Shown piece by piece: positions 1 through 12,837 of a stretch of 64,000 nucleotides of DNA. The notes beneath the pieces were generated by a model. The model saw only the letters and a program-made list of their open reading frames with translations. It was not told where the DNA came from and did not search any database. The DNA comes from Lama glama. Taxonomy: Eukaryota. The DNA lies in the NCBI GenBank assembly GCA_028534125.1, contig JAPYYK010000045.1, positions 248,001-312,000 of the forward strand, read 5' to 3'. The translations under genes and the position numbers were made by a program. How positions within the stretch are numbered: the stretch's first letter is position 1; every line of letters starts with the position of its first letter.

Positions 1-3000
1 CCTGAGGTCCCAGAAGGGGTTTCACAGGTCTGGACGGTGATGCATGACCTACAGTCACTGCAAACAACGGTGACTACGTCTGCTTTACATTCACTACCAA
101 TCGTAAACAACCTTCACCCTCTTATCCACACTGTTTTTACAAATAAAAACTCAATTGATTTGAATGTATTTACTTCTTTCTCTTTTCATGTTTTAACTAC
201 AAATCCCCAAGAACAGACAAGAAGGAAGAGGAGAAACCAAGGGTGGACGACCTCTGGGGGCCCCAGGGACAGTGTGTGTGGACATGTCACATGCATGACA
301 GCCCCACGCCTCAGGTGGCTTAAGAGCCGGGGGACAGCACCACAGCCCAAGGGACGGACCCCACCCCCCCCACACACAGAAGCACACACACCACACACAC
401 CTACACCCACTTTTAAAACCACGCTGTTGTGAGAGGCTTCCCTAAAATTCCCTCATCTGTGACTGGGCCACTATCTTCTTGCCGGTTACACCCTCAGTGC
501 CGGCAGGGCCAGAAGGTGACAAGTGCTGGAGAGACATGGACCCGAATGGCTCCTGGTCCTGGGAGCTGTGTGATGTCTGATGGCGGGGGCCTGGGCTGCA
601 GCTTCTGCTCTGACATCTTCTCGCCATGTGACCTTGGGCGCACAACCACACGCTCTATGGGGAACCTCAGGTGACAGTAGGGAGGGGGATGTCCTTCCTG
701 CCCCCCACTTTCCAGCCGTGGAAGCATCACTGGCTGCTGGTGTGGGTGCGAGTGAGTTAGCTCAGGATCTTTGGGCGGGAACTGGGCTCACAGTCACCCA
801 AACCAAAGGACGACCTCAGGGATCTTGGCTCTCGCCGCTTCTGGGCAGCACAGCCTTTCCCAACTGCTCACCCACGCGGGAGAACTGTCCTGGACAGGCT
901 CTCCCAGGCCTGGAACACGGCCTGCATCCCACTAGGCCTCCAGCCTGTGGCATGGTTTCCTTCTCCCGCGAAGCGCAGGCCTGCGGGAAGCGGGGTGCAG
1001 ACCAGGCCCGAAGGCCGACAGAGCACCTGTGCCTGACCTGCAGGCTCTCCCAGAAGGTGCCTAAACTCCTCCCTGAGAGTCTCTTCGTTGGGGGACTCAG
1101 CCACGTCGCCAGCTCCACGTCCTGCTGTGTGGACCCTGAAAGCCGCCTCTACAGGGAAGAGATGCCCTCTGCCCACTTCTGCCAGATGCCAAGCTCGGCC
1201 ATGGCACACGCGCTCACTCCCGGGCTGACTCCACGAGTGGGGTCTGGACCAGCCCTGCTTGTCTGGAGCCACGGACGCCCCGTCTCAGGCAGGATCATGT
1301 TCTGCACGGCCTCTGCTGAAGGAGCCGATGCGACATGGGGACAGTACAGACTTAGAAGTGCAGAGCACAGGTAAGCACTGCCACCCAGCACTCAAGCAGC
1401 TCCCAGGCTCCCCCGGGACAGGAAAGGGCAGGCCACAGAGGGCTTCCTCGGGCGCCGGCCTGTGGGGAGAGGTGTGTACGCGGTGCTCGAACCTGCACCG
1501 GCACAGCAGGGGGCGCGGAGACACACCGAGGGGCCCAGGACACACTCCTGCTCCTCCTGGCAGAGTGACCGCAGGCCATCAGTCTGCTGTCTGGTGTCTT
1601 CAGTCGTCTTACTAGTCGTGTCATCGGTTTCTTTTGGGGTGAACGTTTGTTGAGAGGTGTGGTGATGAAGGATCCAGAGATAAGACAGTGCCCATCACCA
1701 GACCGAGGCAGCCCTCGGTCCTTGCTCACTACTTCCAGCCCCACCCCACCAAGCTTCCCCCTGACTCTTGGAGCTTCTGGAGCCCTTGGGCCTCACACTG
1801 CTGACTTCAAAGGCCAGCCTGAGCTACTTTCCGAGAAGGTCTCTGCCCGAGCAGGAGAGGGGAGCTGGACCTCACAGGAGGGGTGGGTGCTGCCGAGGTG
1901 ACACAGGCCCTGTGACGCACACGGTGTTGTTTCAGAGAAGGAAGATGCTGGGATTTCTAAAGGAGAGGAAGTTCTCATTCTAACAGGAGTCAGCTAAGAA
2001 AAATGCTCTTAGAGGCTGGAAGGCAGGCTGGGGTTTAGGACCCAGCTCTCTCCGGTGTTTGGATCGTGCTTCCAGAAACGCCTGCTTTGCTTGGCTTCTT
2101 GATGCCCTTGATAACCCACTGTTCCATGAAAACACTGCTCAGGTTCAGGCAGAGAGAAGAGTTAGGGCTCATGGGTAAAAGGCACAGAGCTGCTGGACTG
2201 GTGACACTTAACTTCAGCTCTTCCCCTCCCCCCGCCCCGCTGTCACTCACACTACGCACGGCTTGCTGTGACCTGGACACGCGTCTCACTCCAGAAAGCG
2301 GGCTGCCGTCCCCATAGGGAGACTACCGAGTGGGTCCGCAGGGCAGGAGGTGAGGCAGGGGCTTGCCTGAGGGTCTGCGGGCCAGCAATGAGTGAGCACT
2401 TGAGGCCAGGGCCTCTCACGGGGTCCCCCAGGGACACGTGGGCAGGTCAGCGGAGTGGCAGCAGTGCGGTGTCCTGGAGGCCAGACTGCAGGCCCCTCCT
2501 GCCCCCGTCGGGGAGTGACCCCATCTTTGCGGGCAAGCTCTCTCAGCACAGAGCAGCTCCTCTCACTCTGCTCTGGAAGCCGGGTCTGGACGGCTCGCCC
2601 TCATTTATCTTAGAGAAGGTGAGCGTTCTGTCTGCCATGCGGCTGACGCACAAGGGAGACACGGCCTCTGCTCCGGGGGTCTCAGGAGGAAGCTCTGCTG
2701 CTCCACCTGCACCTGAAGACGACAGATGAGGCCACCAGGGCGGGACCCCCTGCTGAGCCCGAACCAGACGACAGCTGCTCAGAGAGGGAGTTACTCCACA
2801 GCCCGTGTGGCCCAGCCAGGGGCCGTGGACACTGTGCACGGGGCTGGAGCAGCAGGGACTGGAAGTTGCTCAGAAAGCAGAAGAGAAGCCGGAAGGACGA
2901 GCAGCCAGACAGACCACAGTTTAAGGTGCGCCAGGCTGACAAGCGGCTCCTTGCCGTCGTCCCTCCTGAGGTCCCCCACGACACCCCGCCGGCTGGGCCT

Positions 3001-6000
3001 GCTCCTGGCAAAGGGCCGGAGTGCAGATGGCCGCTCACTCAGACGGCGCAGCCAGTCTGACCGCGAGTTGCGCCGGGCTCGCAGAGCACCACAGACCCGC
3101 TTAGGGAAAGCCCCATGAAAGCCCTTAACTTGATGCTACTGGGAGCTCAGGAAGGCGCATAATTAAAACCGAACTCTTGTGACCAAGTCTGAAATCAAGC
3201 CGTGGCTCCGGAGAGCTGGGCCCACCGAGGGCCGGAGCGCATCACGGGTCAGCGCTGACGGAACCAGCTCCAAGGGCTCCCTGGGCTCAGGTTGCGACCG
3301 CAGTGACGGGAACGGCCCCGGCTTACTGCCCCGAAGAGGCCGAGCGGAGGGAGCGTCCCGTCTTGTTCTCCACACCCCAGCCTCGCCCTCCCGCCCCAGA
3401 AGGGGCTGGGGTCGTGGCCCTGGAAGACCTGCAGGGACTGGAAAGCACTTCTGAGTCTAAGAACCACCCCCTTGGGGCATCTCAGAGACACGGCTGCTGG
3501 GCCTTCTACCTCTGAGGAGGAGCACCTGCCGCGGCTCTGACGGCGGGGGTCTCGGGGGACGGAAGGCACCTTCTGAGGCTGCACTTCCAGGAACATGTCG
3601 GGGGTCCTGAATGATCTGGATGTGCACATGGGGAGTGTGGAATAAACTAAAGGTTGACACAAAGATGTGGCCAAGGGACAGTGACGACGAGGCCTGGGCC
3701 AGCACCCCCATCTGAAAAGGCAGCACCCCCTTAAGAGCACCAGGTCCTCCCTAGACACCCTCCACTCTCTAGACACCCCTGCCCCCCACACCCGCTGCCC
3801 CTTCGGTCGTCGGCCCAGCAAGCTCTCGGCTCTCAGGGCTGCCTGGTTACATCAGGCCCAGCGGGAAGCATCGCACTGCGTTTACACACCCTGGGGGTCG
3901 GGCCAGAACTCCGTGGGGGAGCAGGTCGGGAATTCTTGCCAGCACGAGGGTCCCCTCAAAACCACGGTCTAGTTTATCCACAAACCCCTCAAAGTAAGAG
4001 ACACCCACGGCACACGGCCAGGCAGCTGCGGCCAAGTGGGTACTAGGCTGAGTCAGAGCAACGCTGAGGGCGCGGCCCCTGCTGGGGAGTGAGCGTCCGC
4101 TGGGCAACGGCCAGAGGGCCCCTCCAGGCCCAGTGAAAGTAGTGAACCACATCCAACTTCATCTTATCTCACTCCTCAGTGTGTCTCTACCAAGAACTCA
4201 GCACACGTGGAACAAAAACAGGAAAGGTCAAGAGACACAGCACGTAACTTGGGTTACACTGTAAACACCCCCAGAACCTCACTGCCAGCTGGTGGCCTGG
4301 CGGGGCAGGTGCGAACGGACACAGCAACGCCACTGCGCCTGCTCCGGTCCATCTCACTCCACCTCACACGGCAGGGGACCCATGCTTCTCTGCGTCCACG
4401 GACCGTGCCGCCTGGACGTCCCTGGGAGCACACCCCCCGTCCTCCGTGCGGTCCGCGCCTCCTCGTGGGTTTTCCAGCTCCTGAGGAGCGTCTGTGTCTT
4501 TTGAAACTCACACAACACATACTTACTGCAGAAGGAAAGACACAAATACACTAGGGCTTCCCTACAACGTCCAAGGCAAGCCCACAAAGCCACGTGCGGA
4601 CTTGGTCCCGAGCCCGGCGACAGAACCAAGGAGACCGCACTGCCCCACACGTGGGCACCGGCACGGGGCCGCGCTTCCCGCGTGTCCTGCCTGCTCTCAC
4701 ATTCCCACAGCTCAGCATTTAGGTCCACACGGTGTGCAGGCCCCATGAAGTAAACTCACGCAGATGATTCAGAACACAGGCTCAGAGCGCGTGGCAAAAG
4801 CGGCCTGACTGCTGGCCCTGAGGGCCATGCACACAGGGAAGCAGCCACCAGCCCCGCACCGACCAGCCCTCCCAGGCAGTCACTGACCACCGGTACACCT
4901 CTTCTGCGCCGAGCTCCCAGGTCCGCAGCCTGCAAAGAGGTGGGTTTTTTTTTTTTACATGGTAAACATCACTGTCCAGCAGCCAACTTGGGTAGCAATT
5001 ATTTTAATTTTATTAGCAATAGGTTATGAATCAAAACCCTTGCAAAGGGGTTCGTGGGGCTCCCTGGACCTCACATCTCAAGAGCAAGTAAATGCTCAGA
5101 ACTAACAGAGGAAAACTTTTACCTCTAAGTAGGTTCCACACAGTTAGGGACTTGTTCTGTTCTCATTCTTTCCTCTTTCTGCTGCTAAAGAAACCCCAAT
5201 GCTGACGCACGTCCTTCCCAGCCCCCAACATGTCACTGACTGCAGCCACCAGCAGCCTGCGAGGCCCGCAGAAGGCGGCACGGCCGCCCCTCCCACGCCC
5301 CAGGCAGGAGCAGAGGGCAGAGCTGGGCCACGGCATCCCCAGCGTGCCCACTCTGTGAGGGGTCTCAGGGGGCAGAGGGGACACTGCCGCCAGGTCTCAA
5401 AGAGCCCCGCCTCAGGGAGGAAGATGCAGAGTGACGAGCCGAGTGTGACCACATGCAGACGGTCCGGACACTCAGTCTGCGCAAGGGGCGACCAGGAGAG
5501 AGACCAGTGCCGACAGAAGGTCCTGATTCGGCTTCCTGGAGGCGTGACCCACGGCGGCACCAGCCTGAAATGGGGGTCGAGAAGACCTGCCTCGGGTGAC
5601 CACGAGACCCTGGCTCGAGGTCGAGTCTTCAGACGCGGGATCTTTGGGTCTAGGGGTTAAATTTTGCCCCTAGAGCAAAACAGGTGTTTTAAAAGCGTAG
5701 CTCTTTGGGAGAGGGGACACATGTGCAGAATGCTTGGTTTTGCGGGTGAGAAGGGTCCCTCAGTTAGAAACACCTCAGAAATTCAGGCTCTTCTAATTCA
5801 GGACTTTGACAGGTTCTGAGTTCAAGCGCACCTTCGTACCATCTGCTTGAAATTATTTTACAAGTAAATTACCAGCAGAAAAAAGATAAGAGAAAGGCCT
5901 TACTTAAAGCACCTGTGTTTGACCACCGACAGACGGCTTCAGAGTACTGCTTCTGCCCAAGGCACTCACCGAAAGCAGTCTTAGACCACAGCCTTCAAGG

Positions 6001-9000
6001 CTACAGCACACCTTCTCTCCTGAGCAAGTTTTAACACAGGTGATTAAAAATAACAAAAAATACACCTATTTTAAAGTGATGCGAAATTCCAACTTTAACT
6101 TGACTCACTTCTTCCTAAACTACTCTGAGGTTTTTCCTCCTTTCTCGAAACAGGTTTCATTATCACCATCTCTCTTCAAGTAGACTCAACGGCCAGGGAT
6201 ATTAGCAACGATCTGGGAGCTGCTTAACGAGACAGCAGTCACCCTGCACTGGCTCCACAGCTCACTGCTGGCCCCGCACCTGCTTGTTATGTGATCACAG
6301 GGAAGGCCTGGCTTCCCCCTGCTTCAGTGTCCTCCGTAAACTGGGTGTGCAAGGCTCTCAGAAGCCCTGAGTGGGACCGCAGGTGCAGGGCCTTGCCCAG
6401 CACACACCACACAAGCTCCGGTCTCTGTCCCCTTGGCCAGGCTGGGGCTTGCCGTCTACCGGGGGAGCGAAACGAGCAAACGCTCACACTCATGTAAAGG
6501 GTTTTGATTATTTATAGGTTGGATTACCCAGGCTAATTCCTACTCACCCTGTGTAACCTACAGACATGTGAGGCTGTTATTTTACTGAACAGCCATGTCT
6601 CTCCCAGATAACCAACTGCATGTGGCTGATTTCAGACCCACAGACGGGACAGAAACAGGCAGGGGTCAGAGTCCAGATGCGTTTCCAGTGTCTTCACCTC
6701 ACCATCCTCTTGGTGGGACCCTGCTGCTCTGTGTCACCAAGGCAGGCGGCTGGGCTCTGGGCTGTGATGGGAACAGAGCCCAGTGTGGACTAGCCACCGC
6801 CCAGCGTGCAGCACAGACCAGAAAGAGGAACAGAGCTCCGACTGTGACCTCAACCCCCTGACTGCGACCCACGCACCGTGAGACTGAGCGGAAGGGAGAA
6901 TCAAAGCTGAGTAAGCTGGGAGCCTTGCCACAAGTGGAACCGCAGCCCCGCTGGCAGCACTGGCAATGCGCTGAAAACCCCCAGCCCAGATGCCCCTGAG
7001 CCGACCCGACGTCTCCGGACTCTCTGGGACGCATCCCTGTAACCCAAAGGTCACCACAGCACCCGCAGGCAGACAGCAAGGGGCATGGCCCTCGTCTTCT
7101 CGCACACGGGTCTGGTGTCACCGCGGAGGAAAAGGCTGGGAGAGTCAGGCCCCGCCATCTGCTTGCTGTTACCTCCTGACACCTGCTCCCTAGACGAGCC
7201 TGGCACCCCATGGCTTTAGTCATAAACACAGGTGTGCTCAGCTCCCACCTTTCTCCCCGGCTTCAGACCAGCTACTTTCTGGGTGCCACTATCTGAACAT
7301 TCCCAAGCACCTCGGCGTCAGCTCACCCCCAGTGAGGCCACCGCCTCACGCACACCCCCGCCCTCCACGTCCGCCCGAAGCTGCCAACTGCCACCTTCTG
7401 CCAATCACCTAGACTTGGGACCCACTGTCACCGCTGACTCTGCCCCCCTCCGCCCCCAGCAGCCCTTTCCACTGCTCCAAGTCCTGCCAGCTCTTCTAAG
7501 CAGCAGGATGCTGTCTGCCTGCTGGAGAACACCCCTGTTCAGGCCCTGTCACTTCCCACCAGAGGCCCGACCTTCCACCCCCAGCCACCACGATCCACAC
7601 GGCCCAGGAGATTCTCTTGTGAGCAGCTCTGGTCACAGCGCCTTGACTCCAACCTTCCAGCCCTGCACCTACGGGGCAACTCTGCAGAGCCTAGAGGGAC
7701 GCCCCGTGGCCTGGCCCGTGCCTCCGCCTCTACGTCCTGCCTCACGCCAAAAGGGCCCTCTGCCCACGCTGGTCTGCAGCTCTCCAAGCTCTCCACGTGG
7801 GGCACACGTGCTCACGCTTTCCTCCTTTGTTGTGCACGGCTCACGCCCACCCCACTGTGCTTTCCACTAGCTGAGCACCTCCCACTCAGCTCACCTCCCA
7901 CAACAAAGCACCTTTATTAGGCGGTTTACCTCCCTTCACCATAATCCTTGATTTTCTTTTTTATTTCCCCAATGAGACTATCAGTCGTTGCAGGCAGGGA
8001 CTGTGTCCTTCCTGGGACACTAATTGTGGGCGGGTAGGTGGCTTTGATAAACCACTCACGGTGGGACCAGTGTCCCTGGTCAGCAGACGCGTCTCTTCCA
8101 CGGCTCAGCCGGTCCGGAATCTTCCAGGACGCGTGTAACGCGCCCAGGGCTGCTTTCCTGCTGCAGGTTCGACCACTCCAGCTTCTGAGGAAGATTCTTT
8201 GGGCTGAAGAGTTACTGCTTGCTGGCTTTTCTTGAGTGGAATTGGAAAACAAAACCAAACCCAATACACTGGTGGTTTAATTAGAGGGAAAAATGGTTAA
8301 CAGATTGCACCCTTAATCAGCATCATTCACCCAGACCAACGTTTCTCACCGTGACGAGGGATTAGAAAGTGCAGTGAAACACGGACTCCAGCTTGGCAGT
8401 GCCCGGATGCAGGAGGAGAGGCGCGGAGGAGGAAACAACGCACGGAAGGGCTGCGTGGTGCTGGCCACGGGCGCGCACCCAGGCTGCGCAGGGCAGTGTC
8501 CCCGACACCCGGGCACCCGGGGCCTGGGGGCGGGCGCTGCCCACAGCCCCCCCGAGGGCAGCCCCCGCCCTGCTGCTCACCAGAGGCGCTCTCCTCAGCT
8601 CAGAGCTGGTCACCCGGCTGGGCCGGCTGATCAGCTGTTCCCCTACGACGTAGCGGCCGGGGTGAGGAGCGCTATGTAAGGACTGCACTTTGTGCGGAGT
8701 CGGCTGGAAGGAGCAGCAATCCAGGCTAAGCGGGAACAGCGCTACTGCTCTGGGTTTACAGACGCAGGTCAAATCCTACCGTCACAAACACCAACCGATC
8801 CAGCGAAAATCTGTCCAATTAAAAGGTTCCCAGGCTTCAGCTGACGGCCCACTTACTTCAGGACCATCTAGCACAGCAAATGCCGGCGAAGCACCACAAG
8901 GTGGACACTGCCAAGTACGTTATCATCTCTGGATGAGCCCCACACTGAAGAGCAAGTAACCATGCGAGAACACTGACCGGAGATTGCCTGGTTGTTGCTT

Positions 9001-9980
9001 TCAAGGTGATTTAAAAATACTGAAGTATCTAAACTGGCTGGTTTTTAAGTTAATAAAATTTATAAACTTGAGACCCAGCAGCGTACACAATGATTAAGAA
9101 GCAAGAAAGGGCTGGAGGTGTCTGATGTATCTGCAGTTCAGAATTACTGCTTTTTCAGTTGGAAAATCTACATCGAAAGGAAGCTCTGGTACTAACTGTG
9201 TGGACGTGGGACCTCGTGTGGTTGCTTCGCAGGGAGACGGGGCTGAGCTCTAAAATCTCAGGAGTAAACACCCGGCGGGGCCCACCGGCCTTGAGCGTGG
9301 ACCCCAAGTTGCTCTGCTTCCCTGGGTACGAACTCAGAGGTGAACAGAGCTGTCTGCCGCTCAGGGAGAAAAGAGAGATGCCCAACTAGTGTGAACCTAG
9401 TGTGAAAGCCAAAAGGATTGTTTAAAAAGAATTACTTCACTATTCAGCGTCAAAAGAGACCAGCTCTCGTGGGGCAAGGGTGGGGTGCCGAGAGGAGGGC
9501 GGTGGGTGCTTTCCTCACGGAGTTTTAGCAGACGTGTTAGTAGCAGAGACTTGTGTCCAGAGAATGGAAAGTGTTACTTTTAAAATACAAACTAGAGGAA
9601 GTAAACAAACCCTTGGCTGCTGAGGACACGCACCATCTTCCGCATGGAAGTGCTCTTCCTTTGGGAGGACGGCAGTTGCACAATCCCTGGGCAAACCCTG
9701 GATTCTTATGTTACTCAGAAAGGGTCACAGTTTTACCGAGGACAGACATACTGAGTTACATAACACTGGAAGCATCAGATGCTCCTGGGAGCTCAAAAGC
9801 AGGGTAAGATAGTTTCAGTTTCTAGCTACTGAAAAATCCCCCTACACTTCCTTCCTCAAGTTAAAACTGACACGAATGCACCGCGGTTCACAGGCCTCCT
9901 GAACGTCTGACCAGGAGGAAGGTGTCCAGAACGTTCCCCCCACGTGAATGTTACTTTAAAACTCCCTTGGAGGACGTTCT

Positions 9981-9990
9981 CCTTATATGG
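9981..9990. promoter_or_regulatory. Consensus CArG box (SRF site) CCTTATATGG
   Basis: Perfect CC(A/T)6GG about 2.2 kb into the first intron of the smM20 isoform. Function is inferred, not shown. Confidence 0.5.
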
Positions 9991-12005
9991 AAGCGTTGGG
10001 TACTTGGCCCTTCTACCAACGCCCAGGAGAATCACAAGCTGCGTCCCCCGGCCGGAGCTTCTGGTGCTCTGACGCGGAGAACGCGGTGTGGCGGCCGCGC
10101 TCTGGGTCCCAGTGCGGAGGACGGCTGTGCAGGGGTCACACACGTCCGGGTGGGGAGAGGAGAGCTGCTCCCACAGCCGGTGCCCAGCGCCTTTGCTGAG
10201 GGAGGTGCAGGTGTCCCTGCCTCTCCAGGCTCCGAGGTCCAGGCGTGTGGGGTTCGGGGGGAGCCAGGCTGCAGACCCAGCCTCCCTCCCCGCAACTGCA
10301 AGTCCCCACGTCCCGACCTGAGATTTTGAGCCACCTAAGCTCTTAACTGTCACTTTGAGCCCAGCATGTCCTCAGCGTGCAGAGGTACTCGGGTGTGCTC
10401 CCGTGTAGCCGGCGGGTGTGGACAGACCAGCTCTGCCCTCACGGCTGAGCTGGAGAGTGAGCACTTCTCTGCGTCCCTGTTCCCTCCCTCGCGGCCCGGG
10501 GATGGCGGTGCTGCACTGGACACAGTGCCCGTGCTGTTGTGTGCGTCAGGCTGTTCAGAACACGGCCCGCTGATGCCTTGCAACAGGGGAGGCACTGACC
10601 CCCACCCGCCTTTAAGCAGCATCAGAGGCAGCACAGTGTGGCCAGACCACGCTTGCAGCCCGAGGGCACGCCAGTGCCAACAGCCCCCCGGCGAGCTGTG
10701 TGTGTCTGTCACTCTGACACCCACTGGATCCCGAGAACATGAGGCCTAACCCCTTGGGCACAGACTCAGGCTGTCTGGACGCTGATGGCCACTGACAGCA
10801 CTGTGGCGGGAGCCTGCACCACTGACACTGGGGCCAGGAAGCCATCTCTCCTTCAAGCCTTCCGTGTTTTGGCTCCCATAATCCAAGTTCTCAAGCTCTC
10901 TCCCACGGCAGCCTCTGTCTAAGGTCAGGGGCTGGGGTGGTGGAAGGAGGGTGGGTGGCAGCTATGAGGACTGAGGTGAGAGGCAGGAGCCCCTCTACAA
11001 AAGGCGCAGGCCCAACAGGAAGAGAAAAGGGTGTCTCGCGCTGACCGGAGCCATGCTATGCTGGGAAAGGCTCCTCACACCAAAAGGTGCCATGGGTCTG
11101 ACGGGAAATGCTGGCCCCGCCTGGGCCCGGGCCCGGGCCCGACAGCACCACACGTACCAGCAGCCGCAGGGAGGCTCACGGCTCTGCAGGGAAGGGCGGC
11201 ACCAGGCCACGTGCTGTAGAAACAAACGCCTGTGCTCGGCGGTGGTGACGCTCCCAGGGCCTCTCCTGGCCTCGCACATTAGGCGGATGAACAGCCGCTT
11301 TATAGAAAGACCTCCTATATTCTGGGGAGCAAACACCTCTGGCTGAGGCCCCAGGCCAACACTCCACACACCAAATGGACCCCACGGTCATTTGCACACG
11401 GGGGACGGACACACAAGGACTCAACAGAGCACAGCACGCCGTTTTGGTTTCCCCTCCTAATAAGGGACCGTGACCTGCCTCTTCCCGCACACGAGCAGAC
11501 ACCCGGCCACTCGCCTGCTCCAGCACGCCGCGGGCGGGTTACCGGCCTCCCTCCCATGGAGGAACTCGGCGTAGCCACTCGCAGTCAGCAGAGAAAGCAG
11601 GGAGAAGCCTCCAGTAGACCTGCCTGGGACGGGAGCGCCTCCCCAGCGCTGCCAGCAGCCAGGAGCTGTCGTCTCTTCGGCTTCTTCAACACGGAACTTC
11701 CCCTGGGCCCTGAGGAGCAGGACCCACGTCCGGGACTCCTGCCCATTTCGCTCTCTCTCCCTCGCTCACCCTCAGACACGGTCAGGGCACACGCAGACCG
11801 CGCACAGCACTGGAGTTAGTGACAGCCTCCCAGCCACTGGGAGACTCCTCTCCTAAAACCTGGTTCTGACCCACGAGCACAGGAAAGGGAGCAGCTAAGA
11901 AGCCCCAGAGACCAAGAGAAGCCGGGAAGACCCCAACGAGGGCGCCGGGCTCACTGCGAGCAGCTGACAAGTGAGGGCCGCAGGGCAGAGGCTGCGTCCG
12001 AAGGC

Positions 12006-12113
12006 CAGGCGCCTCGACCCGAGCCCCACAGCGCGCCCACGGCCCTGCCCGGCCCCCCAGGCGCCTCGACCCGAGCCCCACAGCGCGCCCATGGCCCTGC
12101 CCGGCCCCCAGGC
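12006..12113. repeat. Tandem duplication, two copies of about 52 bp
   Basis: CAGGCGCCTCGACCCGAGCCCCACAGCGCGCCCAYGGCCCTGCCCGGCCCCC starting at 12006 and 12058. Confidence 0.92.
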
Positions 12114-12161
12114 TCCCACACCCCCACCTGACCTGACCCTGCACAAACGCGAGCTGCTTAC

Positions 12162-12263
12162 TCGGAGAGTCCTGGCGGTTGGGGAGGGAGGTGCGGGGGG
12201 CAAGTCTGGCTGCGACTTCCTGCTCCGAGGGAGCTCCTTGCTTCGGGTGTACAGAGAGGACAT
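12162..12263 (-). CDS. PPP1R12B: PPP1R12B alternative first coding exon of the short smooth-muscle M20 (smM20) isoform
   Basis: Encodes [34 protein letters not shown] (34 codons), matching the recalled human short-isoform N-terminus [34 protein letters not shown]. It has a GCCATG start context and a phase-0 GTAAGC donor. It lies on the same strand as, and downstream of, exon 18. Confidence 0.88.
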
Positions 12264-12789
12264 GGCTCCCCGGAGGCAGACAGGCGTGGCCCTGGAGATC
12301 GTTTCACAGAACTGCGCCTCTGAGCTGCGGCAGGACGGCTCTGGACGCGGCTGAGGAAGGACCCAGCCCCGTGAACGGCAGCCCAGTCGCTGGCGTTGGA
12401 GGTGCTGGGTTCGGGGCTGCTGGGCCACCCGCGGGGCTTCTCCCAAGAGGGCACCTCCTACCGAGACCTGCTCCCTGAGAGAACCCGAGTCTAGGTTCCC
12501 GAGACACCAGACCACGTCCCAGGGGACGAGCCTGAGAGCAGCTCCCGTGTCTTTGTCCAGGAGAAAGAGACACACAGCCACCTCTGAGCTGGACTCCTGG
12601 GCTGGACGCGCTTGGAGCTGCCCCTGTGACCAACTGCTGTGATACGTTCAGGCTAAACAGCGTGCAAAACAAAACCTAAAAGCTACAAATAAGGAACCAA
12701 GAGCGGAGGAGAGAGAAGGAGCTCGAGGAAGTGCACCCCGTCCCCCGGACCCGGCTGCTCTCACACACAAGCACGCACAGGCACACGCC

Positions 12790-12837
12790 CCCCGCCCCTT
12801 TCTGACATTCCAAATCCTATTTGCTCAGCGAGGAATG
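12790..12837 (-). promoter_or_regulatory. Putative smM20 internal promoter: GC box plus two M-CAT (TEAD) motifs
   Basis: CCCCGCCCC at 12790-12798, ACATTCCA at 12805-12812 and AGGAATG (CATTCCT on the minus strand) at 12831-12837. They lie about 530-570 nt upstream of the smM20 ATG. Confidence 0.55.

Noticed and set aside
580-1374. 264-aa ORF, and the many other 60-230 aa ORFs in the track
   Set aside because: Pro/Ala/Gly/Arg-rich translations with no recognisable domain, overlapping in all frames and often with non-ATG starts. This is expected in GC-rich intronic DNA.
6548-6557. Possible minus-strand 10-nt microexon (ctgtag|GTTACACAGG|gtgagta) beside a small hairpin
   Set aside because: Weak polypyrimidine tract, frameshifting length, and it does not encode the expected next exon (HERLSR).
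1-12000. PPP1R12B exon 19 onward (HERLSR, coiled coil and leucine zipper)
   Set aside because: Not found by eye or in the ORF track and probably left of the window, although a 17-nt exon could be missed.
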